This document shows, piece after piece, positions 1 to 14,271 of a stretch of 64,000 nt of DNA; positions within the stretch are counted from its first letter, which is position 1, and the number at the start of each line of letters is the position of its first letter. The notes below the pieces were generated by a model. That model was not told the DNA's origin. It was given only the letters and a program-made list of their open reading frames with translations, and did not search any database. Origin of the DNA: Macrostomum lignano. Lineage: Eukaryota. Location of the stretch: NCBI GenBank assembly GCA_002269645.1, contig NIVC01001022.1, positions 186,001 to 250,000 on the forward strand. Direction: 5' to 3'. Position numbers and translations under genes: made by a program.

Positions 1-1273
1 CCAATTGCAGGACGTCTCTTAAGTCCAGGCCCTCATATCAGTTCCTGAATTCAGCCCCCTCAAGTTAGCTTCCTTTCCCAAAAGTCTACCTAAGTGTCAA
101 TAACCTACTTAATCTGCTCCTCAAATGTGCTTGGAAGTTATTTTCTGGGAAATCTACAGACGGCCTGACTTCCTTATCATCTCAAACCATTAGTTTTGCC
201 CCTTAAGATGATGCGATAAATTTCCTGACAGCCAGGGTGAGTTTCTGGCTTAGCAAAAGGATAGTGGAGGCTAAGGATTGATAGCCAGACGGTCGCAGAA
301 GCATTACTCCACCACTCTTTTCTACTTAAGTGCTGAAAGCTTACTGCGTTTAATTTGTCAGTCTCAGGTGAATCAGGTGATAAAAGCGAAAGAAAAATTA
401 TTGTTTCGATTCTGAAAAAAACTCCTAAACCAAGAGTAGGGTGCGTTTTAAACTCAGAAATTAGCTTCTTCTACATGTTTTTGCTTCGTCTTTCAACGGG
501 CATTTTGACAAACGCAACCAATAATTTGATGTTTTCGAGCGGCAATGACTCAGCGAAATTCGTCTGCAAAATCTGACGGCAAAATTCTGAAAAGCGCGCA
601 TTGAACTAATTACAGGGCTCCTTGTTGCGAAATTATAGGACAAGTAAATATCTACATCTAATCATCGTGCAGTTTCACTATCCTTCCATATAATCTTCCA
701 TATCCTTCTATTGTGATAAACAGCTGAGTTAGAACAGAGAGGAATGGCTTTGACGCACATTCAAATTGGACGCCAGAAAAAAATTACGAAGTACTGAGAT
801 TGAAATGCTTTCAGCGAGACAGTTTGGAAAAAGCTGTACACACATTTTTATCAAAGCATTAAGCCAGCCATATACCAATCGTTGAGCGCATCTTTTAGAT
901 CACCACTCCCCTAGGCAACGAGATGACAAGACGGGCAGGCAAATTCGGTGTGACATCCTAACCCGCACGTTACAGTTCTTCAAGCGAAGCACTGGCTTGA
1001 TATAGCAGCATGCATGCAGAAGCATGTAGGAGTGCAACAAACTGAGTTGCTGAGGCACGACGGGCCCCTCATTGGCTCGCAGGCTGCCTTTTGAGGTCAC
1101 ACTGCGACGCGAGTGTAAGAGAAGAGAGTGCGAGGTTCCGAGAGAGAGAAAGGCAGAAAGAGAAGCAACCTCAGAAGCGTCACTTTAATAAACACTGGCA
1201 AATTGTCCTACCTGAAGCCGTCGAATTGTCTGACTTTTGTCGCTTCAATTCAAAGACTCGACGCACATACCTG

Positions 1274-2081
1274 ATGCCTTTGAAATCTGCGACGCCGCTG
1301 TTCCTATGGACGCCAATAGCTTTAGCGTTCGTTGCTATAGTGATGCCGTTTGAGGTCGCTTCCGCGTCCATTCCGATCAGGGAGCCTGCCAACGTTACCG
1401 CTCTAGTGCTGGCTTCAGACTACAATACTCAGCAAGAGGTGATGAGTCCGATTCAACTGCTCAGACCAGTGTTTCACGTGGCCAAGCAGCATCAACTGGT
1501 GCGCCAAGCATTGGCTGATCGAATCAATTTGCAAGAGGTCTACGTTGACTTCGGCTGCGAGCACAACGTGTCGCTGAAACAGATTATCAATTTAACTTGC
1601 GCCCAGAGAAGCAGCGGTAGGGAAACTTCCACTGAGCCGCGGTTCATTGTCGGAGTACCTTGTTCATATCCGATGAACAACGTCCAGCAGTACATGTTGC
1701 AGCCTACGGATGCCGTAGTATCTACGGGAGCAATTTCTAGCAATCTGGTCAACATGAAGCAGACTATTCGTATTGGAACTACCGCCGACGAGATCTATAA
1801 AGCCTTGCGCGCTTTCATTCGGAATCTCGGCCGATGGAGCGGGATGTTCTACGTCACGATGAACAACGTGATGACAAAGCGACTGCCGCATTACTATCTG
1901 GACTTTGTGCAGTGCAAACTCATCCAGCAGGCGCTCGATCATCATTTGAAACTCGAGCCAAGCTTCCGATACGAGTATGTCTACGTTGACTCGCTGATCG
2001 AGGAGGGCCGGCAGAACGATTCCAGCACATCGTCGCTCTATCGGCGAATTCTGCACGAACGCGTGTCCACCAAGTTCTCCG
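1274..2081 (+). CDS. Receptor guanylyl cyclase variable module A (single exon): signal peptide + N-terminal part of ANF receptor ligand-binding domain
   Basis: ATG at 1274 starts a hydrophobic signal (MPLKSATPLFLWTPIALAFVAIVMPFEVASA). ANF-type Cys pattern DFGC...FIVGVPCSY and TIRIG motif. Ends TTC TCC G|GTAAG, a phase-1 donor; 808 nt = 269 codons + 1. Confidence 0.8.
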
Positions 2082-3517
2082 GTAAGAATAGAAGAACCTT
2101 GGAACTGTTTTTGCGAGCTTTTTCTCTTTTGTCGCTCAGACAGAAAAGAGAAGAGATGGAGGGATAGGGAGCGACCAATATTGGGGACAGTGCTTGGGTT
2201 CGCTATCGTGCAACATTGATTTCTTAATTTCCTGTAGCTTTCCCCCTACGGCTCCCGCTAAGAGGGGTAGAGGAGCGGATAGCCGTCTGTTGAAGAGACT
2301 AGATGCTTAGGGTCGGCGTGGTGAAAGCGAGATAGAAATAGCAGCAGCAGGAAAGTACTTGGATGAGGCCAGACGTCAAGCATAATAGAGCTCAGCTATA
2401 AAATAAGTATTGACTTTATCAGCTCCAACAGAAGCATACATGTGCCCAAGCAATACAATAGCTATCTAGTTTATTACATTAGCAACTTGAGCACATTGCA
2501 AAGCCCGCGCGACAATGAGCTCATTGACCACCTGTTCCATTTTGCAATCCGGTGATGCTAGAGTGAAAGAATTGACTAGTTGGATGTGGAGATCGCAGCA
2601 CGCAAGTATTTCCCCCGCCAGCTGGAGACTTCTGGAGACTGCAAGCCGAGATTCATTCTGTCATTAGCAGGGTGATGCAGTTTTTCTTGCAGCTGTTTTT
2701 GAGATTGTGCGTGCCAGTCAGCTGCATCTGTAATTACGCGTATGATGACGCACGTCAGCAACACAACGAAATTTTCGAACAATTCCACGAGAAATTCTCA
2801 GATCAGGGGGCAGAGAAAAAGGCCGTATGTGTATGCAATGATTGTGGGAATTGCACTACGAGAGTAGCAAGAGATTTCCTTTCTCAGACATTGATCATTG
2901 TCAATGAATTTGATTACCGAACCAGTGGCTACCTAAGCCACTAACTAAATGTAGCAAATTGTATATAATTAATTAAATTTATATTGATTTGGATTTGGCT
3001 ACTTAGTTTATTGGCTATCTTATCAGTTTGGCCAATTCAGATTGCGTACGAGTATGAGCTGTCAGAATCTCGTCAATAATGTTGCACAGAGGCTGATCTA
3101 CTTTATTGTCATTCCCCCCGCGCGACAAACAGCAAGCTGCAGACCTGTTCGCCCGCTTCAGTTTATTTTTACACTACTAATTCTGTATTCTACGACGAGA
3201 GTCGCAACCCTAACCTTAAACCCAAGAATATAGTAGAGGCTTACTTAAACTAGTTTCTGTGCAAAACTAGAGATACTACTACTATACTCGTAAAGGTAAA
3301 TATGGAAATAGGCGGTCAATATCGATTTTTCTTGGCCAGCGTATTAGCCTTCATCCACTGTAAGTGGGCTGTATTGATGCAGTAAAATCTTCTAGACCAG
3401 TCACAAAAAAGTGCGTGACCAGGTGGACCCCCGTGCACCTGAACGCTCGATCATCCCACAAAAATTTTCTTTACCAGACAATAAAACTTTACACCCTTGA
3501 CACCACTCAAGCTCTGA

Positions 3518-3683
3518 CACCCAGTTAGACGCAACCTCTCACACCCAGTTAGACGCAACCTCTCGCATCCAGTTTGACGCAACCTCTCGCATCCAGTTTG
3601 ACGCAACCTCTCGCATCCAGTTTGACGCAACCTCTCGCATCCAGTTTGACGCAACCTCTCGCATCCAGTTTGACGCAACCTCT
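3518..3683. repeat. 24-bp minisatellite, ~7 copies (CCAGTTTGACGCAACCTCTCGCAT)
   Basis: Read directly; 8-aa periodicity in overlapping ORFs. Confidence 0.95.
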
Positions 3684-4902
3684 GTCGCCCGAGTATAATC
3701 TTTTTTGTTCAAATTTTCATGTCGGACGACAAATTTTTTCCAGTTAAAAAATTGAACGACCAATTCAGTGCCGTAAAAAAACTGTCAAACGCTTTTTTAT
3801 GAGGTTCATTTCTTTCTAACTATTTGATACTGTAAGCAAAGCTAGCACAGCCATAATAATTACCGGGTCCTATTTGTTGGATAATTGCTCCAAAAAATAT
3901 TGATTGCAAGTCCTCAGAAAGCGTTTACGTTTTGTTTCGGACTATAAATCTAGTTGTTTTATATGTACCCTAGAATCTTGCTAAACTGTAGAATATTTGA
4001 GCTGAGCTTGTTTCTGCTCTGTTTCTTGAAAGAGGAACCTAAAACAGAGAAATTAGCCAGAGTGTATCAGTTCAATAGCAAGCTGCGATATTCTTTGCAG
4101 TTTCTGTCTTCACAAGTACAACTTTTCTCAAACATTTTGCCTTCTTGATACTACGTTTTTAATAATATGTTAATAAAAATATTAAATGCTGGATTTTTAT
4201 AATTTTAGAAAATTGCTTCAACTTTTTTGTCCGTCAACTAACGTTATCTCATCACTGCGCAGCGCATCTGAAGGCTGCGTACGGCTGTTCAGTCCAAGGA
4301 CTGGGGGTCGCCACACACCCACAATTACCCCAGCTAATGCTGGCACCCATTTTATAGCTGGGTGAACTGAAAGCAATTATGCAGAGTTAAGTGTCTCGCT
4401 CAAAGACTCAAGTTGTTTCACTGGGATCGGAAATCGAACCCCTGACCTTTCAAGTCGTGAAAGTAGCATATAACAAATATTATTGCAGTGAGCCACTAGA
4501 ATAACTGTTAGGTGTCTCACTCTAGTCAGCAGCTTCTTTGCCCTCGCTCTGAACTGTTGTCTACCACTGAGGGCAGCTCTCCCTCTTTTCTCCCTGCCTG
4601 CCCCGCCCCTTACTTGTTCTTTTTTTGCAGCCACCTGGGCAGCTTGGCCTGTGGCCTGCTTCTGCGTTCAGCGGTCACTGGTGGCTTCACTAGTGGCTCG
4701 CCTTTTCACCTTTCCCTTGTCACATGAGCTAGTCACATGACACTAGTCACTAGTCACATAACAAGCCGAACTCACGTGCTCCGGCAGCCTTGCTTTTTAT
4801 TAGGCAAACATTGACGTCAGTTGCTAAAAATAGATCTCACGTGAATTCCTCACGTGACGTCTTGCGCGCTCTATATATACGGTCTAGCTTTCCAATTTCT
4901 AG

Positions 4903-6020
4903 AGTTGCTGAGATGCATGGGCAAAAGTGGGGACTTGCTGAGATGCCATGGCTCAATGGGTGAGTTGCTGAGATGCCATGGCTCAATGGGTGAGCTGCTG
5001 AGGTGTTATGGCTCAATGGGTGAGTTGCGGAGATGCCATGGCTCAATGGGTGAGCTGCTGAGGTGTCATGGCTCCAGTGGGGAGTTACTGAGATGCCATG
5101 GCTCCAGTGGGGAGTTACTGAGATGCCATGGCTCCAGTGGGGAGTTACTGAGATGCCATGGCTCAATGGGTGAGCTGCTGAGATCCGAGATCCCATGACT
5201 CCAGTGGGGAGTTACTGAGATGCTATGGCTCAATGGGGAGTTACTGAGATGCCATGGCTCAATGGGTGAGCTGCTGAGATCCCATGACTCCAGTGGGGAG
5301 TTACTGAGATGCCATGGCTCCAGTGGGGAGTTACTGAGATGCCATGGCTCAATGGGTGAGCTGCTGAGATCCCATGACTCCAGTGGGGAGTTACTGAGAT
5401 GCCATGGCTCCAGTGGGGAGTTACTGAGATGCCATGGCTCAATGGGTGAGCTGCTGAGATGCCATGGCTCAATGGGTGAGCTGCTGAGATCCCATGACTC
5501 CAGTGGGGAGTTACTGAGATGCCATGGCTCCAGTGGGGAGTTACTGAGATGCCATGGCTCAATGGGTGAGCTGCTGAGATCCCATGACTCCAGTGGGGAG
5601 TTACTGAGATGCTATGGCTCAATGGGGAGTTACTGAGATGCTATGGCTCAATGGGTGAGTTGCTGAGATCCCATGGCTCCAGTGGGGAGTTACTGAGATG
5701 CCATGGCTCAATGGGGAGTTGCTGAGATGCCATGGCTCAATGGGTGAGTTGCTGAGATGCCATGGCTCAAGTGGGGAGTTTCTGAGGTGCCATGGCTCAA
5801 GTGGGGAGTTGCTGAGCTGAGGTGCCATGGCTCAAGTGGGGAGTTTCTGAGGTGCCATGGCTCAAGTGGGGAGTTGCTGAGCTGAGGTGCCATGGCTCAA
5901 GTGGGGAGTTTCTGAGGTGCCATGGCTCAAGTGGGGAGTTGCTGAGCTGAGGTGCCATGGCTCAAGTGGGGAGTTGCTGAGATGCCAAGGCTCAATGGGG
6001 GGTTCTATGCCAAGGCTCAA
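4903..6020. repeat. 30-bp minisatellite, ~36 copies (GAGTTACTGAGATGCCATGGCTCCAGTGGG and variants)
   Basis: Read directly; 10-aa periodic ORFs; 31- and 36-bp variants at the 3' end. Confidence 0.95.
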
Positions 6021-6665
6021 TGAGGGAAAGATGACATCCTAAGCTGCAAGGCTTAATAGCAAGGATAGCTAAATTAATAGCTACACAAATCTAAATATAT
6101 GAGCTTATCATCAATAGTTATGTAAAAATGGCTAGTTAGGTTTCCAGTTTTCAATGCTACTCCTTTATTAGGTGACTAAGTAATGGACATTGAGATAACT
6201 AATCGTTCATTGGTATAAACGGAGTATATTTCTCTTCCAAGACGCATCTTGCTGCCAAAAATGACCTTCTTAGCTATAGTTCACACTAATGGTGGCTGCC
6301 AACAGTGCATATGGTATAGTATATACAATATAGCTATTTCTAGTGGTCCTTAGGAGAGAGTCGAGAGCGACAGATTGAACTATTAGACTCAAAAAAGTCT
6401 CAAGCGTTGGGGGGTAGATGAGATTTCTATTTGGCAGTCCGGTCCCCCCCCGAAGAGAGGCTGATGAATCGATTTCGTGACTGCCCACCCCTCTTCGTTA
6501 CTCGATTGGTCTGGGCTTGGCTCCGAGATGAAAATTGTTGGCGCTGAGAGAGTGCAAGTTCTTGTAACTATGCAGGATTAGAATATATTGTTCTGATTAG
6601 AGTTCTTAACGTATTTTTTAATGTTGATAGCTATGTCACGATAGCTATATTTTATTGGAGTGATA

Positions 6666-7144
6666 TTTAGTCGGAGTGACATTTGGTCGGAGTGACATTT
6701 GGTCGGAGTGACATTTGGTCGGAGTGACATTTGGTCGGAGTGACATTTGGTCGGAGTGACATTTGGTCGGAGTGACATTTGGTCGGAGTGACATTTGGTC
6801 GGAGTGACATTTGGTCGGAGTGACATTTGGTCGGAGTGACATTTGGTCGGAGTGACATTTGGTCGGAGTGACATTTGGTCGGAGTGACATTTGGTCGGAG
6901 TGACATTTGGTCGGAGTGACATTTGGTCGGAGTGACATTTGGTCGGAGTGACATTTGGTCGGAGTGACATTTGGTCGGAGTGACATTTGGTCGGAGTGAC
7001 ATTTGGTCGGAGTGACATTTGGTCGGAGTGACATTTAGTCGGAGTGACATTTGGTCGGAGTGACATTTGGTCGGAGTGACATTTGGTCGGAGTGACATTT
7101 GGTCGGAGTGACATTTAGTCGGAGTGACATTTGGTCGGAGTGAA
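6666..7144. repeat. 16-bp minisatellite, ~30 near-identical copies (TTTGGTCGGAGTGACA)
   Basis: Read directly; the 16-aa ORF period equals 3 units. Confidence 0.97.
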
Positions 7145-7586
7145 ATTTGAGCTACCGTATGTCTGGTTGTGGCAATTTTTAGAGCACTAAGGAATAAGCC
7201 ACATTCTTCTGGAAGCCTTATCAGTAGTGATATAAAACCTACATTATAATATTGATCTCATAATTCGCTAATTTCTATTTGCTAGATGTTACGTGACAGA
7301 AGTGAGCAGAGGCGCGATTGAAGCTGAAGCTCATAGAAAAACTACGTGTATGCGTAGCATTGCGTCTGTCAGTCAGCTTCCTGACCTGTCCCGTGTTAAG
7401 TCGATTCCCCTACCTCTGTCAGCCAAATCATCTGGCATATATAGATATTATTGTGATTATTTAGACAATTGGGGCTAAATTTGTGTATAAAAAAAGCCTG
7501 TGCTCTGATCCAATTTCCTAGCTATGCAGAGAAAATTGGTAATATTCCAAGATAATTTATAGGGCTCAGAGAATACTACGAAAATA

Positions 7587-7975
7587 CGGGAGGCATCATA
7601 AACCCGAAATATCATATCTCCGAAAACAAAAATAGCATTGCCCATCATAAACCCGAAATATCACAAACCCGAAATTTCATAACTCTGAAAGTTCTAGCAA
7701 TGTCCAACAATATTTTGGTTTTCGAAGTTATGATATTTCGGGTTTGTGATATTTCGGGTTTGTGATATTTCGGGTTTGTGATATTTCGAATTTATGATAT
7801 TTCGGGTTTGTGATATTTCGGGTTTGTGATATTTCGGGTTTGTGATATTTCGGGTTTGTGATATTTCGAATTTATGATATTTCGGGTTTGTGATATTTCG
7901 GGTTTATGATATTTCGGGTTTATGATGGGAAGTGCTTTCGGAGTTGTGATTTTTCGGGTTTATGATGGCGACCCG
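7587..7975. mobile_element. Foldback/MITE-like element with inverted arrays of a 16-bp unit
   Basis: Left end CGGGAGGCATCATAAACCCGAAA is the reverse complement of right end TTTCGGGTTTATGATGGCGACCCG; ~12 copies of GATATTTCGGGTTTGT on the right, a few inverted copies on the left. Confidence 0.7.
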
Positions 7976-9966
7976 ATAATACTACTATAAGGTGTACAAG
8001 CTAGAATGGCTGGTTGACACTCTCCACAAGGGTGTACAGTGATCCTGACTTTCCTAGCATCCTCAGGCAGTGTACATGTTTAATTAGCGAGCCTTCCAGT
8101 GTCAATTTTCGGTCACGCATGCTACTAAAAGTTATTAAATAAACAATACAAGCTTGTGCCTAGAGCGTGAGTTCACGGTTAGCAAGAAGGATTATAGCAA
8201 GATGAGGATTTCTTGTTGGTTCTTCTTTATTCTTGCCAGCTCTCCATTATACTGCCAGTTTTACATGTAGCTGGCAGTTTACAAAATCAAAAACATTGTA
8301 CTCTAATTTGCCCGCTTAGGTTTATATTTTTCGACCAACTTTGACGCAAAGTCAGACATTGAGAAAGTTATGGCAGTTGTACATCCCTACGTGACTGGTG
8401 TTTATTCCCCGGAAAGCTCCACGCTTGTAGCCTTTCACCTTGGTGTTATTTTGAGAACACTGTTTCATGCTAGAAGAAACCAGTTTCTTGTTAGCCCCAA
8501 TTGACTGACATTGACTTCTCCCATGTGCCTCGGTTTGTTTAGCAAGATTCTCCAGTTCATCCAAAGTTTCGCAATATCACCCAGCATGAGCTTTAGCCGT
8601 TATTTCTATTTGCTGCTACTGAAACCTCTTTGGATGGGATGTCTATCAGTGGAGGCATCATTGAAGAGTTAATTCTCAACCAGACAGTGATGTCCTTTCC
8701 AAACTGAGCATTATTTCAGATTTAAATTCTTTCTAAATTTCACCTTAAGACCGAACCGTAAATGATTGCTCATGCGAGTATCTATCGAAAAACTATTCGT
8801 AAGAGAGAGAGTGTCAAAAGATAAATCGTTTCGTGAACGTATCCAGTTTTAGTTTTCCTTTGTTAAGCAAACGGAAATGCTATATTTTATTTTAACTATA
8901 AATAGTTCACAGAAGCAACTAACTATAGTTTTTTTTGCAAAAAATCGCCTTCACATGCCTTCGTCTCTAAGCCTGTCTAAGAACAATGCTGTGATTTTTG
9001 TGGTCTTCCTTTTGTCGGTCGGCCAATATTGAATTTCCAACTAGTAGAACAATCAAGGGCAGATACGCTTCTAGAATTTTTAGGCCGGTCAGCAAGTGCA
9101 ACTTCTAAGCTTTCTCAGACGGGAATTCCGTAGGATAAAAAATGTCGTCTCTAACTTTCTGTGCCTTGAGAGAGTTGGCTCTTATGAATTTTAAATCGAT
9201 TGACAAACCTGAATTACTGGGATCGAGGGACTTCAAGCCGCGGATTGTTCTGAATTTTTCCTGAGCAAATGTTTTTAAAACACGCGGCTATAAATGTAGC
9301 TAGATATGGTAAAAATTAATTAATAGAAGAAATACAAAACACCAAGCAGTACCGAAGTTAAAGCAACCTATTAATATTGTACGCGAACTCCGCCTAGCAC
9401 CAGCTGAGACTTCGATATTTTTAATTCCAAGGTTCCATCATTTATAAATGAGTGTGAAATATCGAATTTTTCTTGTGCTCTACCGGTATTCAAAAAGCGA
9501 GAATTACTCGTAAAATTGATTTTTTTCAATTTCGACTATTCGTTTCAGTTTTAAGCAGGTTTTCAATACTAACAAATCATAATACGAGTACAAGAGAAGT
9601 TATATGAAATGGATGTGCAAGATTTGATAGTTTCATTAAGCTTACGGCTCAGTTCCTGTAGCTTAGTTTTTTAGCACTCATTGGGAATGAAAAATTAATT
9701 TTAACTTGACCTCAGTTTTCGCATTCATTCAGTGCTCAGCTTTAAAATGAAGATCTATGACAGTTCCGCTATTATGATGCATTTGTGAGATAAGATACGG
9801 CAAACTTTTACTGGGCTTCAGACTCGAAATTCGAAAAAGCTTAAGCAAGAAAGTAAAGGAGCCTAAAAGGTTTTCATCACAATACGCCTTAGACTGGCTT
9901 GAGTACGACTTTGAAGCATGATGTCTTTAGCACTACTCTGTGCTGCCTCTAGGCTCTTAATCTAGG

Positions 9967-10595
<629 letters not shown>

Positions 10596-11370
10596 GTTTA
10601 ATTTAATTTGAATCACTAAACATTCTGTACTACCTACTATCTGAGTAGCATTCCGTGAAAGATGATCAGTTTTCAGTCCTTTCAAATAAAAACAGACTGA
10701 AGAATCTGTCTCGAGCCGCAAGCAGGCAGAGCTGCAGGAGATTAACTCGCAAGTAGTTTTCCTTCTTTACTTTTCTATTCATGACGCAAGCAGGTGAGGG
10801 CCTCCAGCAAAGCTTTGAGGCTCCCGGCCTGCCTGGCCAAGTAGAAAATTGCGTCGCAAGAAAAGTAGACGAGAGGGGCAGCAGAATCCCGATGTAACGA
10901 TTTGTGCAAAATCTGCCTGTCTGTCCGCCTCACCCCCTCATTTCACACGGGTCTCATCAGCCGTCATCTGCTCACCTGCGCTTCGACAGACGGACTAAGC
11001 GGCACGTTGCCCCGTCAGTTTTTTTTCCTGGGAAGATTGACCTGTCAGAGACTGAGCAGCCCTCGGGGGTGGGGGGTCGCCTCGCTTGGGCAACTTGCGT
11101 CAGGCAAAAATATGAAACAAAAGCAAAAGAAATGATGATTGCAGGCCTGACAGGGGGGAAAAATGGCTAAAGATGTAGAAGAAGGGATGATTAGGAAAAA
11201 TGAGGACTTGAGGAGTTAATTATGTTGACATATTAACCTGTAGTTTCTACGAGTATTGATCAAATATATGGAATAACTTTCCATGGACTTGATTATTAAA
11301 AAAATCAAGTAATTTAGCTACACTAATGAATGTATTACTTTTACTAGCAGGGAAATAGAATAGATTAGAT

Positions 11371-13065
11371 ATAATAGAAATAGAATGGATAGATCATGGA
11401 AATAGAATGGATAGATCATGGAAATAGAATGGATAGATCATGGAAATAGAATGGATAGATCATGGAAATAGAATGGATAAATAATGGAAATAGAATGGAT
11501 AGATAATGGAAATAGAATGGATAGATCATGAAAATAGAATGGATAGATAATGGAAATAGAATGGATAGATCATGGAAATAGAATAGATAGATCATAAAAA
11601 TAGAATGGATATATCATGGAAATAGAATAGATAGATCATAAAAATAGAATGGATATATCATGGAAATAGAATGGATAGATCATGGAAATAGAATAGATAG
11701 ATCATAAAAATAGAATGGATAGATCATGGAAATAGAATGGATAGATCATGGAAATAGAACAGATATATCATGAAAATAGAATGGATAGATCATGAAAAAA
11801 GAATGGATAGATCATGGAAATAGAACAGATATATCATGAAAATAGAAAGGATAGATCATGAAAAAAAGAATGGATAGATCATGGAAATATAATGGATAGA
11901 TCATGGAAATAGAATGGATAGATAGTGGAAATAGAATGGATAGATAATGGAAATAGAATGGATAGATCATGGAAATAGAATGGATAGATCATGGAAATAG
12001 AACAGATAGATCATGGAAATAGAACAGATATATTATGAAAATAGAATGGATAGATCATGGAAATAGAATGAATAGATCATGGAAACAGAATGGATAGATC
12101 ATGGAAATAGAACAGATAGATCATGGAAATAGAACAGATATATTATGAAAATAGAATGGATAGATCATGGAAATATAATGAATAGATCATGGAAATAGAA
12201 TGAATAGATCATGGAAATAGAATGGATAGATCATGGAAATAGAACAGATAAATCATGGAAATAGAACAGATATATTATGAAAATAGAATGGATAGATCAT
12301 GGAAATAGAATGAATAGATCATGGAAACAGAATGGATAGATCATGGAAATAGAACAGATAGATCATGGAAATAGAACAGATATATTATGAAAATAGAATG
12401 GATAGATCATGGAAATAGAATGAATAGATCATGGAAATAGAATGAATAGATCATGGAAATAGAATGGATAGATCATAAAAATAGAATGGATATATCATGG
12501 AAATAGAATAGATAGATCATAAAAATAGAATGGATAGATCATGGAAATAGAATGGATAGATCATGGAAATAGAATGGATAGATCATGGAAATAGAACAGA
12601 TATATCATGAAAATAGAATGGATAGATCATGAAAAAAGAATGGATAGATCATGGAAATAGAACAGATATATCATGAAAATAGAAAGGATAGATCATGAAA
12701 AAAGAATGGATAGATCATGGAAATATAATGGATAGATCATGGAAATAGAATGGATAGATAGTGGAAATAGAATGGATAGATAATGGAAATAGAATGGATA
12801 GATCATGGAAATAGAATGGATAGATCATGGAAATAGAACAGATAGATCATGGAAATAGAACAGATATATTATGAAAATAGAATGGATAGATCATGGAAAT
12901 AGAATGAATAGATCATGGAAATAGAATGAATAGATCATGGAAATAGAATGGATAGATCATGGAAATAGAACAGATAGATCATGGAAATAGAACAGATATA
13001 TTATGAAAATAGAATGGATAGATCATGGAAATATAATGAATAGATCATGGAAACAGAATGGATAT
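11371..13065. repeat. 22-bp satellite, ~76 copies (GGAAATAGAATGGATAGATCAT)
   Basis: Read directly; variant blocks recur at an 836-bp offset. Confidence 0.97.
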
Positions 13066-13607
13066 CAACTTACATTAATAATAAAGTAGCCAAAGTTTCC
13101 AGCTAAAAGGAACCATTTCCTCGACATATGTTACTTTAAGTACCTATCCATAAACCAAAAATCTAGCTAAAAATTGCAAAAGCATTCTAACAATTTGAAG
13201 GCCTGGCAGTTGAAATCGCTGTCAGGAGATAAGCTGCTGATAGATCAGGAAATTGAGCCGCAAGAGGAAAGATATTAAATATTGATTTTTGTCAGTAGCA
13301 AAATCCTTGAATTAAAATCTCTTTTTGAACAAAAAAATCTTTCTTCACCAGCTATTCAAAGAGATTCAAGGAACCGATTCGGCGGAAAAGTGCAACCTAG
13401 CTGGAGTCAGTATTGATCCTCACTTGATGCTGGGGGTTCCCCCTGCCTCCCCTATTTGACTTCCGTTTCAGATAAAATCCCCTACCTTGCATAATTGCAA
13501 CCCTGACAGATCATTTTTGTTAGCCAGTTGATAATAAATTTTCTATCTCACCTCAACTGTACAGGGAATTAACAGCATGGCAGCACCCGTATTATTAGCA
13601 TAGCAAC

Positions 13608-13642
13608 CCAATCCCCATTGGTCAGACACTCTGTTAGCCAAT
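13608..13642 (+). promoter_or_regulatory. Cluster of three CCAAT boxes upstream of module B (candidate promoter)
   Basis: CCAAT 13608, ATTGG 13617 and CCAAT 13638, 170-200 bp before the ATG; motif evidence only. Confidence 0.4.
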
Positions 13643-13811
13643 CCAGCCTTACAACAAAACCGATCCAGCGCAATACTTTGCCAACAAACCTCTAGCGTAG
13701 CCCGTAGCCCGCCGCGTGCCTACAGGGACAAAATTTTGCATGCATATTCGACAATATTCAAACTTCAAAAAAACAAATACACTAAAAATAAATACTAAAA
13801 GCAACATTGAA

Positions 13812-14161
13812 ATGCATTCTGAGCTCACGGTGGCAGTTGCAATCTTTTTAACCATGGCTGTCAATCAATTTCAATTTGCCGTCGCTATTAAGCCGAAATT
13901 TCGACTGCTAGCTTTGCTGCCGTTCAACACGACGCATCAGTTCCGGGCCGAACTCATCCAGCCAAGTGTCCCCTTCGCTTTGGAGACTTTGAGAAGACTG
14001 AAACTCACTGAGCAGTTCGATTTGCAGATTAGCTTTGTGAACTCCACCTGCTCAAATCTTGCCGCACTGCCAGCCATGGAGCACCTGTACAGAGACGCTG
14101 TTGATGGATTTATTGGTCTGGGATGTCCGGAGAGTTCGAGTCAGATTGTGCAGTTCTCTGG
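13812..14161 (+). CDS. Receptor guanylyl cyclase variable module B, exon 1 (signal peptide + ANF domain start)
   Basis: MHSELTVAVAIFLTMAVNQFQFAVA signal, then LLALLPF...NSTCS...FIGLGC, typical of the ANF domain N-terminus. Donor TCT GG|GTAAGT (phase 2). Confidence 0.85.
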
Positions 14162-14271
14162 GTAAGTGCATCATGTTTTCTGTATTCATGTTCTTTTACA
14201 GTGTTTCTTATTTGCGCTTTTAAAAACTATTTTTAATGAATTTGTTTATTTACATAACTTAACGTTTCTGA

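Noticed and set aside
1091-1273. N-terminal extension of the module A ORF from a TTG start
   Set aside because: Non-ATG start with AG-rich, UTR-like sequence; the signal peptide begins at ATG 1274.
3451-7114. Long periodic ORFs (RQTGCERL, ELLRCHGSMG, MSLRPNVTPTKCHSDQ) and a CRISPR-like look
   Set aside because: They are translations of head-to-tail minisatellites. There are no unique spacers and no cas genes, and the context is eukaryotic intron.
8352-8564. SMKQCSQ motif resembling a TnpB/Fanzor zinc-finger start
   Set aside because: No second Cys pair and no RuvC motifs; flanked by stops. At most an unidentifiable transposon relic.
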